Shown here piece by piece: positions 1 through 9,876 of a DNA stretch of 64,000 nucleotides. Below the pieces are notes generated by a model, which was given only the letters and a program-made list of their open reading frames with translations, made no database searches and had not been told where the DNA came from. How positions within the stretch are numbered: the stretch's first letter is position 1; each line of letters opens with the position of its first letter. This DNA comes from Pseudomonadota bacterium. Lineage in GTDB: Bacteria; Pseudomonadota; Gammaproteobacteria; RBG-16-57-12. Location: positions 10,340 to 74,339 of the forward strand of contig JBFMHP010000031.1 of assembly GCA_040752855.1 (NCBI GenBank), read 5' to 3'. The position numbers and the translations under genes were made by a program.

Positions 1-2685
1 GAGCAAAAAATCGGTAGCCCATGGAATATCGTGGTCGGTCTTACGTTTGATTCGGCGGGTCGCCTCTACGCATGGGAAAAAGGCGGCACGATCTGGCTGA
101 TTGATGCAAGCGGAGTAAAAGAGGGCGCTCCCTTTGTTGACATCAGTGATGAAGTCGGTGACTGGAGTGATCATGGCTTGCTGGGATTTGCTTTGAGTCC
201 CAATTTTTTCAGCGATGGCTATGTGTACCTTTTTTACGTGGTCGATCGCCATCACCTGCGTCATTGCCATGAAAACGCCTCCGGTGTGGGCGCCCCGGTC
301 TGTGATGCCGCGTATGATCCGGCTGTTGATGAGTATTTCACCGCCACCATCGGCCGCATCACCCGTTACACGGCGCAGCTGCCTGCCGGGGCATCGGACT
401 ATCGGTCTGCGAAAACCGTGGATTATTCCAGCCGCAAGGTGTTGCTGGGGGAGGGTAGCGATCGCGGCTGCCCGGTTCTGTACCCATCGCATGGCGTGGG
501 CACGCTGCTGTTTGCCGGCGATGGCAGTTTGATCGCAACCTGTGGCGATGGCGCCGGTTATTCTTCGATCGATGGCGGCAGTGCGGCCGGAACGTATTTT
601 CAAGATGCGTTGAATGCAGGCATGATCACGGCAAAGGAAAACGTCGGTGCTTTTCGCTCTCAACTGATCGATTCTTTGAGCGGAAAGATCCTGCGCCTCG
701 ATCCACAGACCGGCGACGGCCTTGCAAGCAATCCGTATTTCGATGCGTCGGCGCCACGCGCGGCGCGCTCGCGTGTCTGGGCGCTCGGCCTGCGCAATCC
801 CTATCGCATTGCGCTCAAGCCGGGCACCGGCAGCAGCATCATCAGTGAGGGATCGCCCGGTACGTTCTATCTCGGCGATGTGGGATGGAGTACCTGGGAA
901 GAGCTGAATATCGTCAGCGGACCCAAGCAGAATCTCGGCTGGCCGCTTTATGAAGGCATGACTGCGAACCTCGACTATACGGCGCTCAAGACGGCGAATC
1001 GCGATGCGCCCAATCCTCTCTATGATGGCAGGGCTTGCAAGCAGCAGTATTTGAATTTTCAGGATCTGCTCATCCAGGACACGCAAAATTCGCTTGCCGT
1101 CTGGCCGAACCCATGCAATCAAGCGGTCAATCTGGCGTTGCCGGAAAATCTTTTCATTCACACTCGACCCGTCGCGGATTGGAACCACGCAGCGGACGGC
1201 CCCGCCCGCTGGTCGTCCTACGATCTCGGTGCGCCGGTGTATACGAACATTGGCGCGCCGGCGCCGGACGGAGCACTCGTAACGGGAGCGCAGTTCGGCG
1301 GCAATAGTTCCGTGGGCGGGGCATGGTACACGGGCGGTCAATTTCCGCCGGAGTATGCGAACAACTATTTTCACGCCGATTTTTCCGCTGGTTGGATCAG
1401 ACGCTTCGTATTCGATGTCGCAGACCAACTCGTGGCCGTGAAGGACTTCATCCCCGACGCTGGCGGCGTGATGGATATTGAAGCCCATCCCGGCGACGGC
1501 AGTCTCTACTACATCAGTTGGGGCATAGACATTGTCAAAGTGACCTATTCCAGCGCCAATCTTGCCAGTGATGTGCAGCTCTATCTCCAGACTTGGCCGG
1601 ATTCAATCAACACCGGCGGTCAGTTGATGTATCTTGCCGAGGTGAAAAACGCCGGACCGGCGCCCGCGACCGGAGTCATCGTGACCAGTCAATTGCCGGC
1701 GCCGCTTTATCCCGGCGCCGCGCCCTATGCCGGCCGGGGCAGTTGCACGATCAGCGGGGCGAGTCTGCGCTGTTCGTTGGGGACCGTGGCCGCCGGCGAT
1801 TCTGTCTGGGTGGCGGTTTCTGTTCAGCCCGGTGGTACCGGAGACCTCACTAACACCATGACGGTGCAGGCGACCGAGAGCGACCCCAATCCGGCGGACA
1901 ACAGCCGCAGTGTCACCACTCGAGTGTTATCCGCGCAGGCCGACTTGCAGCTCATACAACGGTCGGGACCCGTGGACGTCAAGACCGGCGATCTGCTGTA
2001 TTTCGTGGCGGAGGTGAAAAATGCCGGGCCGGGCGTTGCGTCCAATGTCACCTTGACCGACGTGGTGCCGGTGCCGCTTCATCCGGCGTATCCGCCTTTT
2101 ACCAATCATGGCAGCTGCGCCGGCACCGGCTCGGGTTTGAATTGCAATTTGGGAACCCTGGCGCCGGGTGCCTCGGCCTGGGTAGTCGTCTATACGAAAC
2201 CCGATCGGAGCGGAAGCGTGACAAATACCATGACGGTCAGCGCCGTCGAGCAGGACCCCAATGCCGCGGATAATTCCAGTTCCGTAACGGTAACGGTGCT
2301 GGCGGCTTCGCCGCAGGCCGATCTGCAACTCACACAGCGGGTTGGGCCGGATGTGGTCAAGGTCGGCGGACTGCTCTACTACTCGGCGGAACTGAAAAAC
2401 GCCGGGCCTGCTACGGCGACCAACGTCACCTTAACCGACTCGCTACCGGTGCCACTCGATCCGACGCGGCCGCCTTACGCCTTTCAAGGCGGATGCGCCG
2501 CCAGCGGCTCAACCCTGAATTGCCAGGTGGGGGACTTGGCGCCGGGGGCGACGACATGGGTGGTAATCTTCACGCAACCGGACCGCGCGGGTATTACAGT
2601 CAACACCATGTCGGTCAGTGCCAAGGAGGCTGACCCGGTGACCGCGAATAATCAGCAAACGACGCAAATTACCGTCAATCCCTGA
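1..2685 (+). CDS. Secreted PQQ-dependent sugar dehydrogenase-like beta-propeller fused to three C-terminal DUF11 repeats; 5' end lies outside the window (the reading frame is open from nt 1)
   Basis: Frame 1 is open from position 1 (EQKIGSPWNIVVGLTFDSAGRLYAWEKGG...), typical of soluble glucose/sorbosone dehydrogenase propellers. The C-terminal ~370 aa are three ~126-aa tandem repeats with the conserved LY(Y/F)xAExKNAGPxxATNVTLTD pattern of the DUF11 conserved repeat domain. Confidence 0.7.
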   Translation, partial: EQKIGSPWNIVVGLTFDSAGRLYAWEKGGTIWLIDASGVKEGAPFVDISDEVGDWSDHGLLGFALSPNFFSDGYVYLFYVVDRHHLRHCHENASGVGAPVCDAAYDPAVDEYFTATIGRITRYTAQLPAGASDYRSAKTVDYSSRKVLLGEGSDRGCPVLYPSHGVGTLLFAGDGSLIATCGDGAGYSSIDGGSAAGTYFQDALNAGMITAKENVGAFRSQLIDSLSGKILRLDPQTGDGLASNPYFDASAPRAARSRVWALGLRNPYRIALKPGTGSSIISEGSPGTFYLGDVGWSTWEELNIVSGPKQNLGWPLYEGMTANLDYTALKTANRDAPNPLYDGRACKQQYLNFQDLLIQDTQNSLAVWPNPCNQAVNLALPENLFIHTRPVADWNHAADGPARWSSYDLGAPVYTNIGAPAPDGALVTGAQFGGNSSVGGAWYTGGQFPPEYANNYFHADFSAGWIRRFVFDVADQLVAVKDFIPDAGGVMDIEAHPGDGSLYYISWGIDIVKVTYSSANLASDVQLYLQTWPDSINTGGQLMYLAEVKNAGPAPATGVIVTSQLPAPLYPGAAPYAGRGSCTISGASLRCSLGTVAAGDSVWVAVSVQPGGTGDLTNTMTVQATESDPNPADNSRSVTTRVLSAQADLQLIQRSGPVDVKTGDLLYFVAEVKNAGPGVASNVTLTDVVPVPLHPAYPPFTNHGSCAGTGSGLNCNLGTLAPGASAWVVVYTKPDRSGSVTNTMTVSAVEQDPNAADNSSSVTVTVLAASPQADLQLTQRVGPDVVKVGGLLYYSAELKNAGPATATNVTLTDSLPVPLDPTRPPYAFQGGCAASGSTLNCQVGDLAPGATTWVVIFTQPDRAGITVNTMSVSAKEADPVTANNQQTTQITVNP
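1561..2685 (+). repeat. Three in-frame tandem ~378-bp coding repeats (DUF11 modules) inside the first CDS
   Basis: Repeat units start near 1567 (SDVQLYLQ), 1939 (ADLQLIQR) and 2317 (ADLQLTQR). The period is 378 nt and protein identity between units is high. Confidence 0.75.
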
Positions 2686-2733
2686 GGGTTGTTGCGATGA
2701 GCGGGCGGCGCGCGATCGGTTATACTCTCCGGC

Positions 2734-3717
2734 ATGATGACCACGCCGACCCTCGAACTCACCTTGTGTATCCCCGATTTTCTGCGCGCCGAACTGGCGC
2801 TGGCGCAGGAATTGCCGCTGTTGCAACGCCTGCTGAGCCGGTCAGATCGCATGGAAGCCCGCACGGAAGGACATGAGCGCGCGCTGTTCGAGTTGTTTTC
2901 CATTGCATTGCCGCCGCAGCAGGAACTGCCGGTGGCCGCACTGACCTATGCCCTGGAGCATGGCGCGTCTGCCGACGGAATACTGTTGCGGGCCGATCCG
3001 GTATATTGCCGGGCCGATCAGCACAAGGTGGTGATGCTGGCCAACGATCTCGATCTCGCGCATGACGAGGCGCAACAGATGATCGCGGAACTGAATCGCC
3101 TCTTCGCCGAGGATGGCTGGGAGTTCAGCGCGCCGACGCCGCAGCATTGGTACCTGCGGCTGCCGCAGGCGATGGAGCTTGCCACCACGCCGGTCTCGCA
3201 GGCGCTGGGCAAGGATATTCGCACGCTGCTGCCACGCAGTGCGCAGGGCGCGATATTGCATCGCGCGCTGACCGAGATGGAGATGTTGCTGCACGCCAGC
3301 CCGACCAATCAGCAACGGCGCGTGGCGGGGAAATTGCCGGTGACCAATCTCTGGCTGTGGGGCGGGGGAGCACTGCCCCACGTCCCGAAGACCGAATGGG
3401 CGCAGGTGTGGAGCGACGACGTGCTGGTCTTGGCGCTGGCCAAGTTCACCCAGGTGCCGCGCTGCGCGGCCCCGGGCAGCGCCGGGCAGTGGCTGGAGCA
3501 GGCGGTGACGACTGGCAAACATTTGATCGTGTTGGCGCCGACGCAGGACGCGGCACACACCGAACGCGAATGGTTTGCAACGCTGGCTGCGGCGCTTAAA
3601 AGCGGCCGACTTAACGCGCTCACCCTGCGCCTCAACAATCATCATCGCTATCACATCACGCGCGGGATGCTACGGCGCTGGTGGCGGCGTGATCGTCCGT
3701 TACGGAGTTTCGTATGA
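2734..3717 (+). CDS. Conserved hypothetical protein (327 aa) translationally coupled to recJ
   Basis: Long ORF with normal codon usage and no recognisable catalytic motif. It contains an NLWLWGGG motif. Its stop overlaps the recJ start (ATGA at 3714-3717). Confidence 0.55.
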   Translation: MMTTPTLELTLCIPDFLRAELALAQELPLLQRLLSRSDRMEARTEGHERALFELFSIALPPQQELPVAALTYALEHGASADGILLRADPVYCRADQHKVVMLANDLDLAHDEAQQMIAELNRLFAEDGWEFSAPTPQHWYLRLPQAMELATTPVSQALGKDIRTLLPRSAQGAILHRALTEMEMLLHASPTNQQRRVAGKLPVTNLWLWGGGALPHVPKTEWAQVWSDDVLVLALAKFTQVPRCAAPGSAGQWLEQAVTTGKHLIVLAPTQDAAHTEREWFATLAAALKSGRLNALTLRLNNHHRYHITRGMLRRWWRRDRPLRSFV

Positions 3718-5444
3718 ATTCTGAAATCATCCGCCGCCGCGTCTCCGCCAGCTATCAGCAGCTTGCCGCCGAACTGCACCCGGTGCTGGCCCGGATCTAT
3801 GCAGCCCGTAATGTCGAGCATGCCGAGGAGGTCGCCTACAGCCTCGATAAACTGCCGCCGTATCACAGTCTGCGGAATATCGAAGCCGCGGCGCGGCTGC
3901 TGCACGACGCGGTCACCCGGCAGCAACGCATCCTGATCGTGGCGGATTTCGACGCCGATGGCGCGACCAGTTGCGCGCTGGCGATCCGCGCGCTGAACAT
4001 GATGGGCGCTAAGCAGGTCGATTTTCTCGTGCCGAATCGTTTTGAATTCGGCTATGGGCTGACGCCGGAGATCGTCGCCATCGCCGCCACGCGCCTGCCC
4101 GAGCTGCTGGTCACGGTGGACAACGGCATCTCCAGCATCGAAGGGGTGGCGGCGGCACGCGCGTTCGGCATGCGCGTGCTGGTGACCGATCATCATCTGC
4201 CCGGCGCGCAACTGCCCGAGGCCGATGCGATCGTAAATCCCAATCTGCCGGGCGATGCATTTCCCAGCAAGGCGCTGGCCGGTGTCGGCGTGATCTTTTA
4301 TGTGATGCTCGCCGTGCGCGCGCAGCTGCGCGCTAGCGGCTGGTTTGCGCAGCAAGAGATACCTGAACCCAATCTCGCCCATCTGCTCGATCTGGTCGCG
4401 CTCGGCACCGTGGCCGATGTGGTGCCGTTGGACTATACCAACCGCATCCTGGTCGCGCAGGGCCTGGCGCGCATCCGCAAGGGCGCATGCTGCGCAGGGA
4501 TCGCGGCGCTGCTGCGCATCGCCGGACGGCGCCTGGAGCGGGTGGCGGCCAGCGATCTCGGTTTTGCCGTGGGGCCGCGCCTCAATGCGGCTGGCCGCCT
4601 GGAAGACATGAGCCTGGGGATCTGCTGTTTGTTGAGTAACGATGCAGAACGCGTCGAGCGCATGGTGCGCGAACTCAATGATCTCAACGCCCAGCGGCGC
4701 GAGATCGAACAGGAGATGCAGCTGCAGGCGCACGAGTTGTTGAACAACATGCGGCTCGATGAAGCGCGCTTGCCGGTGGGACTGTGCTTGTTCGATGAGA
4801 CCTGGCATCAAGGCGTGATCGGCATCCTCGCCTCGCGCATCAAGGACAAGACGCACCGCCCGGTGATCGCCTTCGCGCTCGCCGAGAAGGAAGATGAAGT
4901 CAAAGGCTCGGCGCGCTCGGTGGTCGGTGTGCACATCCGTGATGTGCTCGAAGCGGTGGCCACGGCGCATCCGGGGATGCTGACGCGGTTCGGCGGTCAC
5001 GCCATGGCGGCGGGGCTGAGCCTGCCCAGGGAACATCTGGCCGCATTCATGGACGCCTTCGATCGCGAGGTGCGCCGTCATCTCTCCGAGGACGCGCTGC
5101 GCGGTATGATCCACAGCGATGGCGAATTGCGCCCGCACGAATTTGATCTCGAACTCGCACGCCTGCTGCGCGATGCCGGACCGTGGGGGCAGGGATTTCC
5201 CGAGCCGGTGTTCGAGGGTGTCTTCATGCTCGAGGATCGGCGCATTGTCGGCGAAAAACACCTGAAGCTGCGCCTGCGCTCGAGCGATGCGGCAGCGGTC
5301 GATGCCATTGCCTTCAACACCACGGATGCGGGTTGGCCCCTTGAGGTGCGGCAGGTCAGTGTGGCCTATCAATTGGACGTGAACGAATATAACGGCCGGG
5401 AATCGGTACAGTTGTTGGTGCGGCATATTCATCCGCACGAGTAG
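3714..5444 (+). CDS. recJ: Single-stranded-DNA-specific exonuclease RecJ
   Basis: DHH-family motifs are present (ILIVADFDADGATSCA, VTDHHLPG, GGHAMAAG). Length of 576 aa is typical of RecJ. Confidence 0.92.
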   Translation: MNSEIIRRRVSASYQQLAAELHPVLARIYAARNVEHAEEVAYSLDKLPPYHSLRNIEAAARLLHDAVTRQQRILIVADFDADGATSCALAIRALNMMGAKQVDFLVPNRFEFGYGLTPEIVAIAATRLPELLVTVDNGISSIEGVAAARAFGMRVLVTDHHLPGAQLPEADAIVNPNLPGDAFPSKALAGVGVIFYVMLAVRAQLRASGWFAQQEIPEPNLAHLLDLVALGTVADVVPLDYTNRILVAQGLARIRKGACCAGIAALLRIAGRRLERVAASDLGFAVGPRLNAAGRLEDMSLGICCLLSNDAERVERMVRELNDLNAQRREIEQEMQLQAHELLNNMRLDEARLPVGLCLFDETWHQGVIGILASRIKDKTHRPVIAFALAEKEDEVKGSARSVVGVHIRDVLEAVATAHPGMLTRFGGHAMAAGLSLPREHLAAFMDAFDREVRRHLSEDALRGMIHSDGELRPHEFDLELARLLRDAGPWGQGFPEPVFEGVFMLEDRRIVGEKHLKLRLRSSDAAAVDAIAFNTTDAGWPLEVRQVSVAYQLDVNEYNGRESVQLLVRHIHPHE

Positions 5445-5472
5445 CGCCTGTCCGTGGTATTAACCAGGCGTC

Positions 5473-5620
5473 CAAATATATCTGGTGTTATTCCCTCTCC
5501 CACAGGGAGAGGGCTAGGGTGAGGGGGATTGATTTTACCCCCTCATCCTGTCCTTCTCGACTCGGGTTCCGGACTTCGTTCTACCGACTCCGTCCATGGA
5601 GTCGTCCCTGAGGGAGAAGG
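5473..5620. repeat. REP-like nested palindromic extragenic repeat, family copy 1
   Basis: ccctctcccacagggagagggctagggtgaggggg followed by ccccctcatcc and cttctcgactcgggttccggacttcg. Related copies occur at 50690-50825 and 54095-54160. Confidence 0.7.
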
Positions 5621-5696
5621 AGCATTCTCGAAACATTTTGCAGACATATTTGATCGCTGAGTTATAGCCATATACGAATTGCGATAGGAGTGTGCA

Positions 5697-6053
5697 ATGT
5701 ACGCCTGGCTGGCGGACCTGGTGGTCCTGATCCATTTTGCCTTCATCCTGTTCGTCATCCTCGGTGGCCTAACGGTGTGGCGCTGGCGCTGGATGGTCTG
5801 GCTGCATGTGCCGGCCGCCGTCTGGGGTGCGTTGATCATCCAGTTCGGCTGGCTCTGCCCACTCACGCCATTGGAGAACTGGCTGCGGGTTCAGGCCGGG
5901 GAGGAGGGCTATGCCGGGGGCTTCATCAGCCACTATCTGCTGCCTTTGATCTATCCGGGGGGCTTGACGCCGGAGTTGCGCCTGATCCTCGCGCTGCTCA
6001 CGGTGGCCGTTAATCTGCTGATTTATGGGCTCCTCTGGCGTCGCCGGCGCTGA
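5697..6053 (+). CDS. DUF2784 family small membrane protein
   Basis: 118 aa with three to four hydrophobic helices (MYAWLADLVVLIHFAFILFVILGGLTVWRWRWMVWLHVPAAVWGALII...). Fits the DUF2784 pattern. Confidence 0.6.
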   Translation: MYAWLADLVVLIHFAFILFVILGGLTVWRWRWMVWLHVPAAVWGALIIQFGWLCPLTPLENWLRVQAGEEGYAGGFISHYLLPLIYPGGLTPELRLILALLTVAVNLLIYGLLWRRRR

Positions 6054-6145
6054 AGCCACTGACCGGAAATTCCCGGTGGCGCCGTTCACCCCCATGGCCG
6101 GTTGTAGTATCATGTGCGCTTCTTTTCGCCGATGCTGATAAAACC

Positions 6146-7244
6146 ATGCTGGAAGTCAATCCCGTCTACCGTCGTATCGAAGACATGCAAGCGCGTTCCC
6201 ATGCGCTGAGGGGGTATCTTTGACTACGATACCAAGAGCGAACGTCTCACCGAGGTCGAGCGCGAACTAGCCGATCCCAAGATCTGGGACGATCCCAAGC
6301 GCGCCCAGGAATTAGGGCGCGAGCGTTCCGCGCTGGAAAATGTGGTCAATACGCTGCGCCGTCTCGACCAAGGCCTGGGCGATGCCCGCGAGCTGCTGGA
6401 GCTGACCCAGGAGGAGAACGACGAGAACGGCTTCAACGAAGTGGTCCGCGACCTCGACAAGCTGGATACAGAGCTGCAGGGCCTGGAATTCCGCCGCATG
6501 TTCTCCGGCGAGATGGACCCCAACAACGCCTTCCTCGACATCCAGGCCGGCTCCGGGGGCACCGAGGCGCAGGACTGGGCCAATATGCTGTTGCGCATGT
6601 ATCTGCGCTGGGGCGAGCGCCAGGGTTTCAAGACCGAGTTGATGGAAGCTTCCGCGGGTGAAGTGGCCGGCATCAAGAGCGCCACCATCCGGTTCGAGGG
6701 TCCGTACGCCTACGGCTGGCTGCGCACCGAGACCGGCGTGCACCGCCTCGTGCGCAAATCGCCCTTCGATTCGGGCAATCGGCGGCATACTTCGTTTGCC
6801 TCGGTGTTCGTCTCCCCCGAGGTCGATGATGACATCGACATCGAGATCAATCCGGCCGATCTGCGTATCGATACCTACCGCGCCTCGGGTGCTGGTGGTC
6901 AGCACGTCAACCGCACCGAATCGGCGATTCGTATCACGCACATCCCGACCAACACCGTGGTGGCCTGTCAGAGCGACCGCTCGCAGCACAAGAACCGCGA
7001 CTCGGCGATGAAACAGCTCAAGGCCAAGCTCTATGAGCTGGAGATGCAAAAGCGTAACGCCGCCAAGCAGGCACTGGAAGACACCAAATCGGATATCGGT
7101 TGGGGTAGCCAGATCCGCTCCTATGTGCTCGATCAGTCGCGCATCAAGGATCTGCGCACCGGCGTGGAAACCGGCAACACCCAGGCGGTGCTCGATGGTG
7201 ATTTGAATGACTTCATCGAGGCCAGCCTGAAGAGTGGCTTGTAA
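6146..7244 (+). CDS. prfB: Peptide chain release factor 2, expressed through a programmed +1 ribosomal frameshift at CTT TGA C (6218-6224)
   Basis: A 25-codon upstream frame ([25 protein letters not shown]) ends at the in-frame TGA at 6221. It is preceded by the SD-like AGGGGG and the CUU-UGA-C shift site. The +1 frame continues as DYDTKSERL... into the 300-aa ORF listed at 6342, which carries the GGQ motif ([19 protein letters not shown]). Confidence 0.9.
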
Positions 7245-7425
7245 TGGTGTGTACGTAAGCGTACATGTAGGGTGGGTTAGCGGTTTCTGCGTAACCCACC
7301 AAGCGTGCCCAAAGCGCTTCGCGGGGCAGGCTCTTGCGAAGCAACACAACGCCGCGCCAATGCGTGCTTGGCGGCACTCTCCCAGAGGGAGCTGCTGTTA
7401 ATTTAGTCAAGGTATGAAGAGCAAC

Positions 7426-8940
7426 ATGAGCGAAGACCAGCAAAACGAACCACAACTCGACGAACACAAGCTGATTGCGCAGCGCCGCAGCAAATTGGCG
7501 GAATTGCGCGAGGCCGGTCTGGCGTTTCCCAACGACTTCCGCCGCAACGTGATGGCCGGCGAGCTCCACGCCGAGTACGGCGCGATGAGCACCGAGGCGC
7601 TGGAGGCCGAGCCTAAGCGCGTGCGCCTGGCCGGGCGCATGATGGCCCGCCGGGTGATGGGCAAGGCGAGCTTTGCCAGCATCCAGGACATGTCGGGACG
7701 CATCCAGTTGTTCGTGCAACGCGATAGTCTGCCGGAAGGTGTGTACGAGGAATTCAAGAAGTGGGACATCGGTGACATCGTCGGCGCCGAGGGTGTGATG
7801 TTCCGTACCAAGACCGGCGAACTGTCGGTCAAGGTCGACACGATCCGCCTGCTGACCAAGAGCCTGCGCCCGCTGCCGGATAAATTCCACGGGCTGGAGG
7901 ATCAGGAGACGCGCTATCGTCAGCGCTATCTCGATCTGATCATGAACGAGGTCTCGCGCGAGACCTTCCGCATGCGCAGCCGCATCGTCAGTTTCATCCG
8001 CCGTTATCTGGAGGAGCGCAACTTCCTCGAAGTCGAAACCCCGATGATGCAGAGCATCCCGGGCGGGGCCACGGCCAAGCCGTTCACCACGTATCACAAT
8101 GCGCTCGACATGGATCTGTTCCTGCGTATCGCCCCGGAGCTCTATTTGAAGCGCCTTGTCGTCGGCGGTTTCGAGCGCGTCTTCGAGATCAACCGCAATT
8201 TCCGCAACGAAGGGCTCTCGACGCGGCATAATCCCGAATTCACCATGCTCGAATTCTACGAGGCCTATGCCGACTATCACGATTTGATGGACCTCACCGA
8301 AGACATGCTGCGCCGCCTGGCCCAACACGTGCTCGGCACGACCGTGGTCAAATACCAGGGCGAAGAATACGACTTCGGCCGGCCGTTCCAGCGCCTGACG
8401 GTCAAAGAATCTATCCTGCATTACAACTTGCAGATCAAGCCGGAGCAGTTGGAGAGTCTGGAAGCCGCGCGCGCATTGGCGCGGAGCCTGGAGATCCCGC
8501 TCAAGGACAGCTATGGCCTGGGCAAGGTGCAGATCGAGATCTTCGAGAAGACGGTGGAGTCGCGCCTGATGCAGCCGACCTTCATCACCGCCTATCCCAC
8601 CGAGGTTTCGCCCTTGGCGCGGCGCAACGATCATGATCACTTCGTCACCGACCGCTTCGAATTTTTCGTCGGTGGCCGCGAAATCGCCAACGGTTTTTCC
8701 GAGCTTAATGACGCTGAGGATCAGGCCGAACGCTTCCGCAAGCAGGTGGCGGAAAAGGAGGCCGGGGATGAGGAAGCGATGCACTTCGACGAGGACTACA
8801 TCACCGCGCTGGAACACGGCATGCCGCCGACGGCGGGCGAGGGGATCGGCATCGATCGGCTGGTGATGTTGTTTACGGATTCACCTTCGATCCGGGATGT
8901 GTTGTTGTTCCCGCATATGCGTCCGATGCGGGCGGAGTGA
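7426..8940 (+). CDS. lysS: Lysyl-tRNA synthetase (class II)
   Basis: [31 protein letters not shown] aligns with the LysS N-terminus. It lies directly downstream of prfB, as in the E. coli prfB-lysS operon. The ATG at 7426 is preferred over the ORF-track start at 7414 because its SD spacing is better. Confidence 0.9.
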   Translation: MSEDQQNEPQLDEHKLIAQRRSKLAELREAGLAFPNDFRRNVMAGELHAEYGAMSTEALEAEPKRVRLAGRMMARRVMGKASFASIQDMSGRIQLFVQRDSLPEGVYEEFKKWDIGDIVGAEGVMFRTKTGELSVKVDTIRLLTKSLRPLPDKFHGLEDQETRYRQRYLDLIMNEVSRETFRMRSRIVSFIRRYLEERNFLEVETPMMQSIPGGATAKPFTTYHNALDMDLFLRIAPELYLKRLVVGGFERVFEINRNFRNEGLSTRHNPEFTMLEFYEAYADYHDLMDLTEDMLRRLAQHVLGTTVVKYQGEEYDFGRPFQRLTVKESILHYNLQIKPEQLESLEAARALARSLEIPLKDSYGLGKVQIEIFEKTVESRLMQPTFITAYPTEVSPLARRNDHDHFVTDRFEFFVGGREIANGFSELNDAEDQAERFRKQVAEKEAGDEEAMHFDEDYITALEHGMPPTAGEGIGIDRLVMLFTDSPSIRDVLLFPHMRPMRAE

Positions 8941-8951
8941 TTCCACCCATG

Positions 8952-8981
8952 AAAAAACGCGCCGGTCAGGCGCGTTTTTTT
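8952..8981. terminator. Bidirectional rho-independent terminator between lysS and the convergent HDOD gene
   Basis: aaaaaacgcgcc-ggtca-ggcgcgttttttt forms a GC stem flanked by an A-tract and a T-tract. Confidence 0.8.
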
Positions 8982-9819
8982 ATGCCTTGAGCAGGCGCAT
9001 GATCTCTTTGATCTCGTCTCCGGCGTTTTTCAGCGACTTGAGGCTTTCCTCGGGCGTCAGGCCCAGCGTTTGGAACGCGGGTATCTCGGTCCAGGATGTC
9101 TTGGGTCGGGGCCCGGAGGCGGAGACGGTGCTGTGCAAATTCGCCACGATCACCACATCGACCAGCTCGGGCAGCAGTTCCGACTTGTGACTTAGATCTT
9201 CGTGCTTGGCGGCCACGTCAATGAACGATTGCGGGAAGGACCAGGAGGCGAGGATCATCTTGCCGACCAAGGGATGGGCCTTGCGCAGCACGGCGTTCAA
9301 CACCGGCTCGTTGTTGATCAGCTCGGGATAGTCGGCGGCGTACTCCAAGAGCGGCAGGATGCCGATGTCGTGCAGCAGCCCGGCCAGCATCGCTTCATCG
9401 GGACGCAAGGAAGTGTAATTGCGCGCCAGCACGTAGCTCAGCGCCGCCACCTGGGTGTTGTGTTTCCAGAGCTTGGAGATGCGGTCCTGGATCAGGGGCG
9501 ATTTGGCCTGGTGGCTTTCCTCCACCAGCATCACGGTGACGATGCTGCGCACCATGGAATTCCCCAGGCGCATCACCGCGGTCTGCAAATCCTCGATCGG
9601 ATTGCGGCCGCGAAACAGCGGGCTGTTGGCGATCTGGATCAGGCGCGCCGAGATGGCCGCATCCAGGCTGATGACCTTGACCACGTCAGTGATGTTGCTT
9701 CTGGGGTTGTCCAGAAGCGCGTGCACCTTCATGGCGACATCAGGCAGGATCGGCAGCTTGATGGCGTTGTTTTTGATGTCTTCAACGACTTTTTTGTACA
9801 GTTCCTCGGCGCTTGACAC
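8980..9819 (-). CDS. HDOD domain signal-transduction protein
   Basis: 279 aa with the HD-related motif (GLLHDIGILPL) and overall HDOD architecture. Confidence 0.75.
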   Translation of the reverse strand: MSSAEELYKKVVEDIKNNAIKLPILPDVAMKVHALLDNPRSNITDVVKVISLDAAISARLIQIANSPLFRGRNPIEDLQTAVMRLGNSMVRSIVTVMLVEESHQAKSPLIQDRISKLWKHNTQVAALSYVLARNYTSLRPDEAMLAGLLHDIGILPLLEYAADYPELINNEPVLNAVLRKAHPLVGKMILASWSFPQSFIDVAAKHEDLSHKSELLPELVDVVIVANLHSTVSASGPRPKTSWTEIPAFQTLGLTPEESLKSLKNAGDEIKEIMRLLKA

Positions 9820-9876
9820 GATTTTTCTTCCTTTTAATGGTCAACGGATCACGAAGTTGCTTCTGGCCGTCGCGTA

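Noticed and set aside
3651-5438. 595-aa ORF on the minus strand, antisense to recJ
   Set aside because: Typical high-GC antisense shadow ORF. Its product is Arg/His/Gln-rich with no motifs. recJ on the plus strand is unambiguous.
7213-8817. 534-aa ORF on the minus strand, antisense to lysS
   Set aside because: Shadow ORF opposite a clear class II aminoacyl-tRNA synthetase. Composition is biased and no motifs are present.
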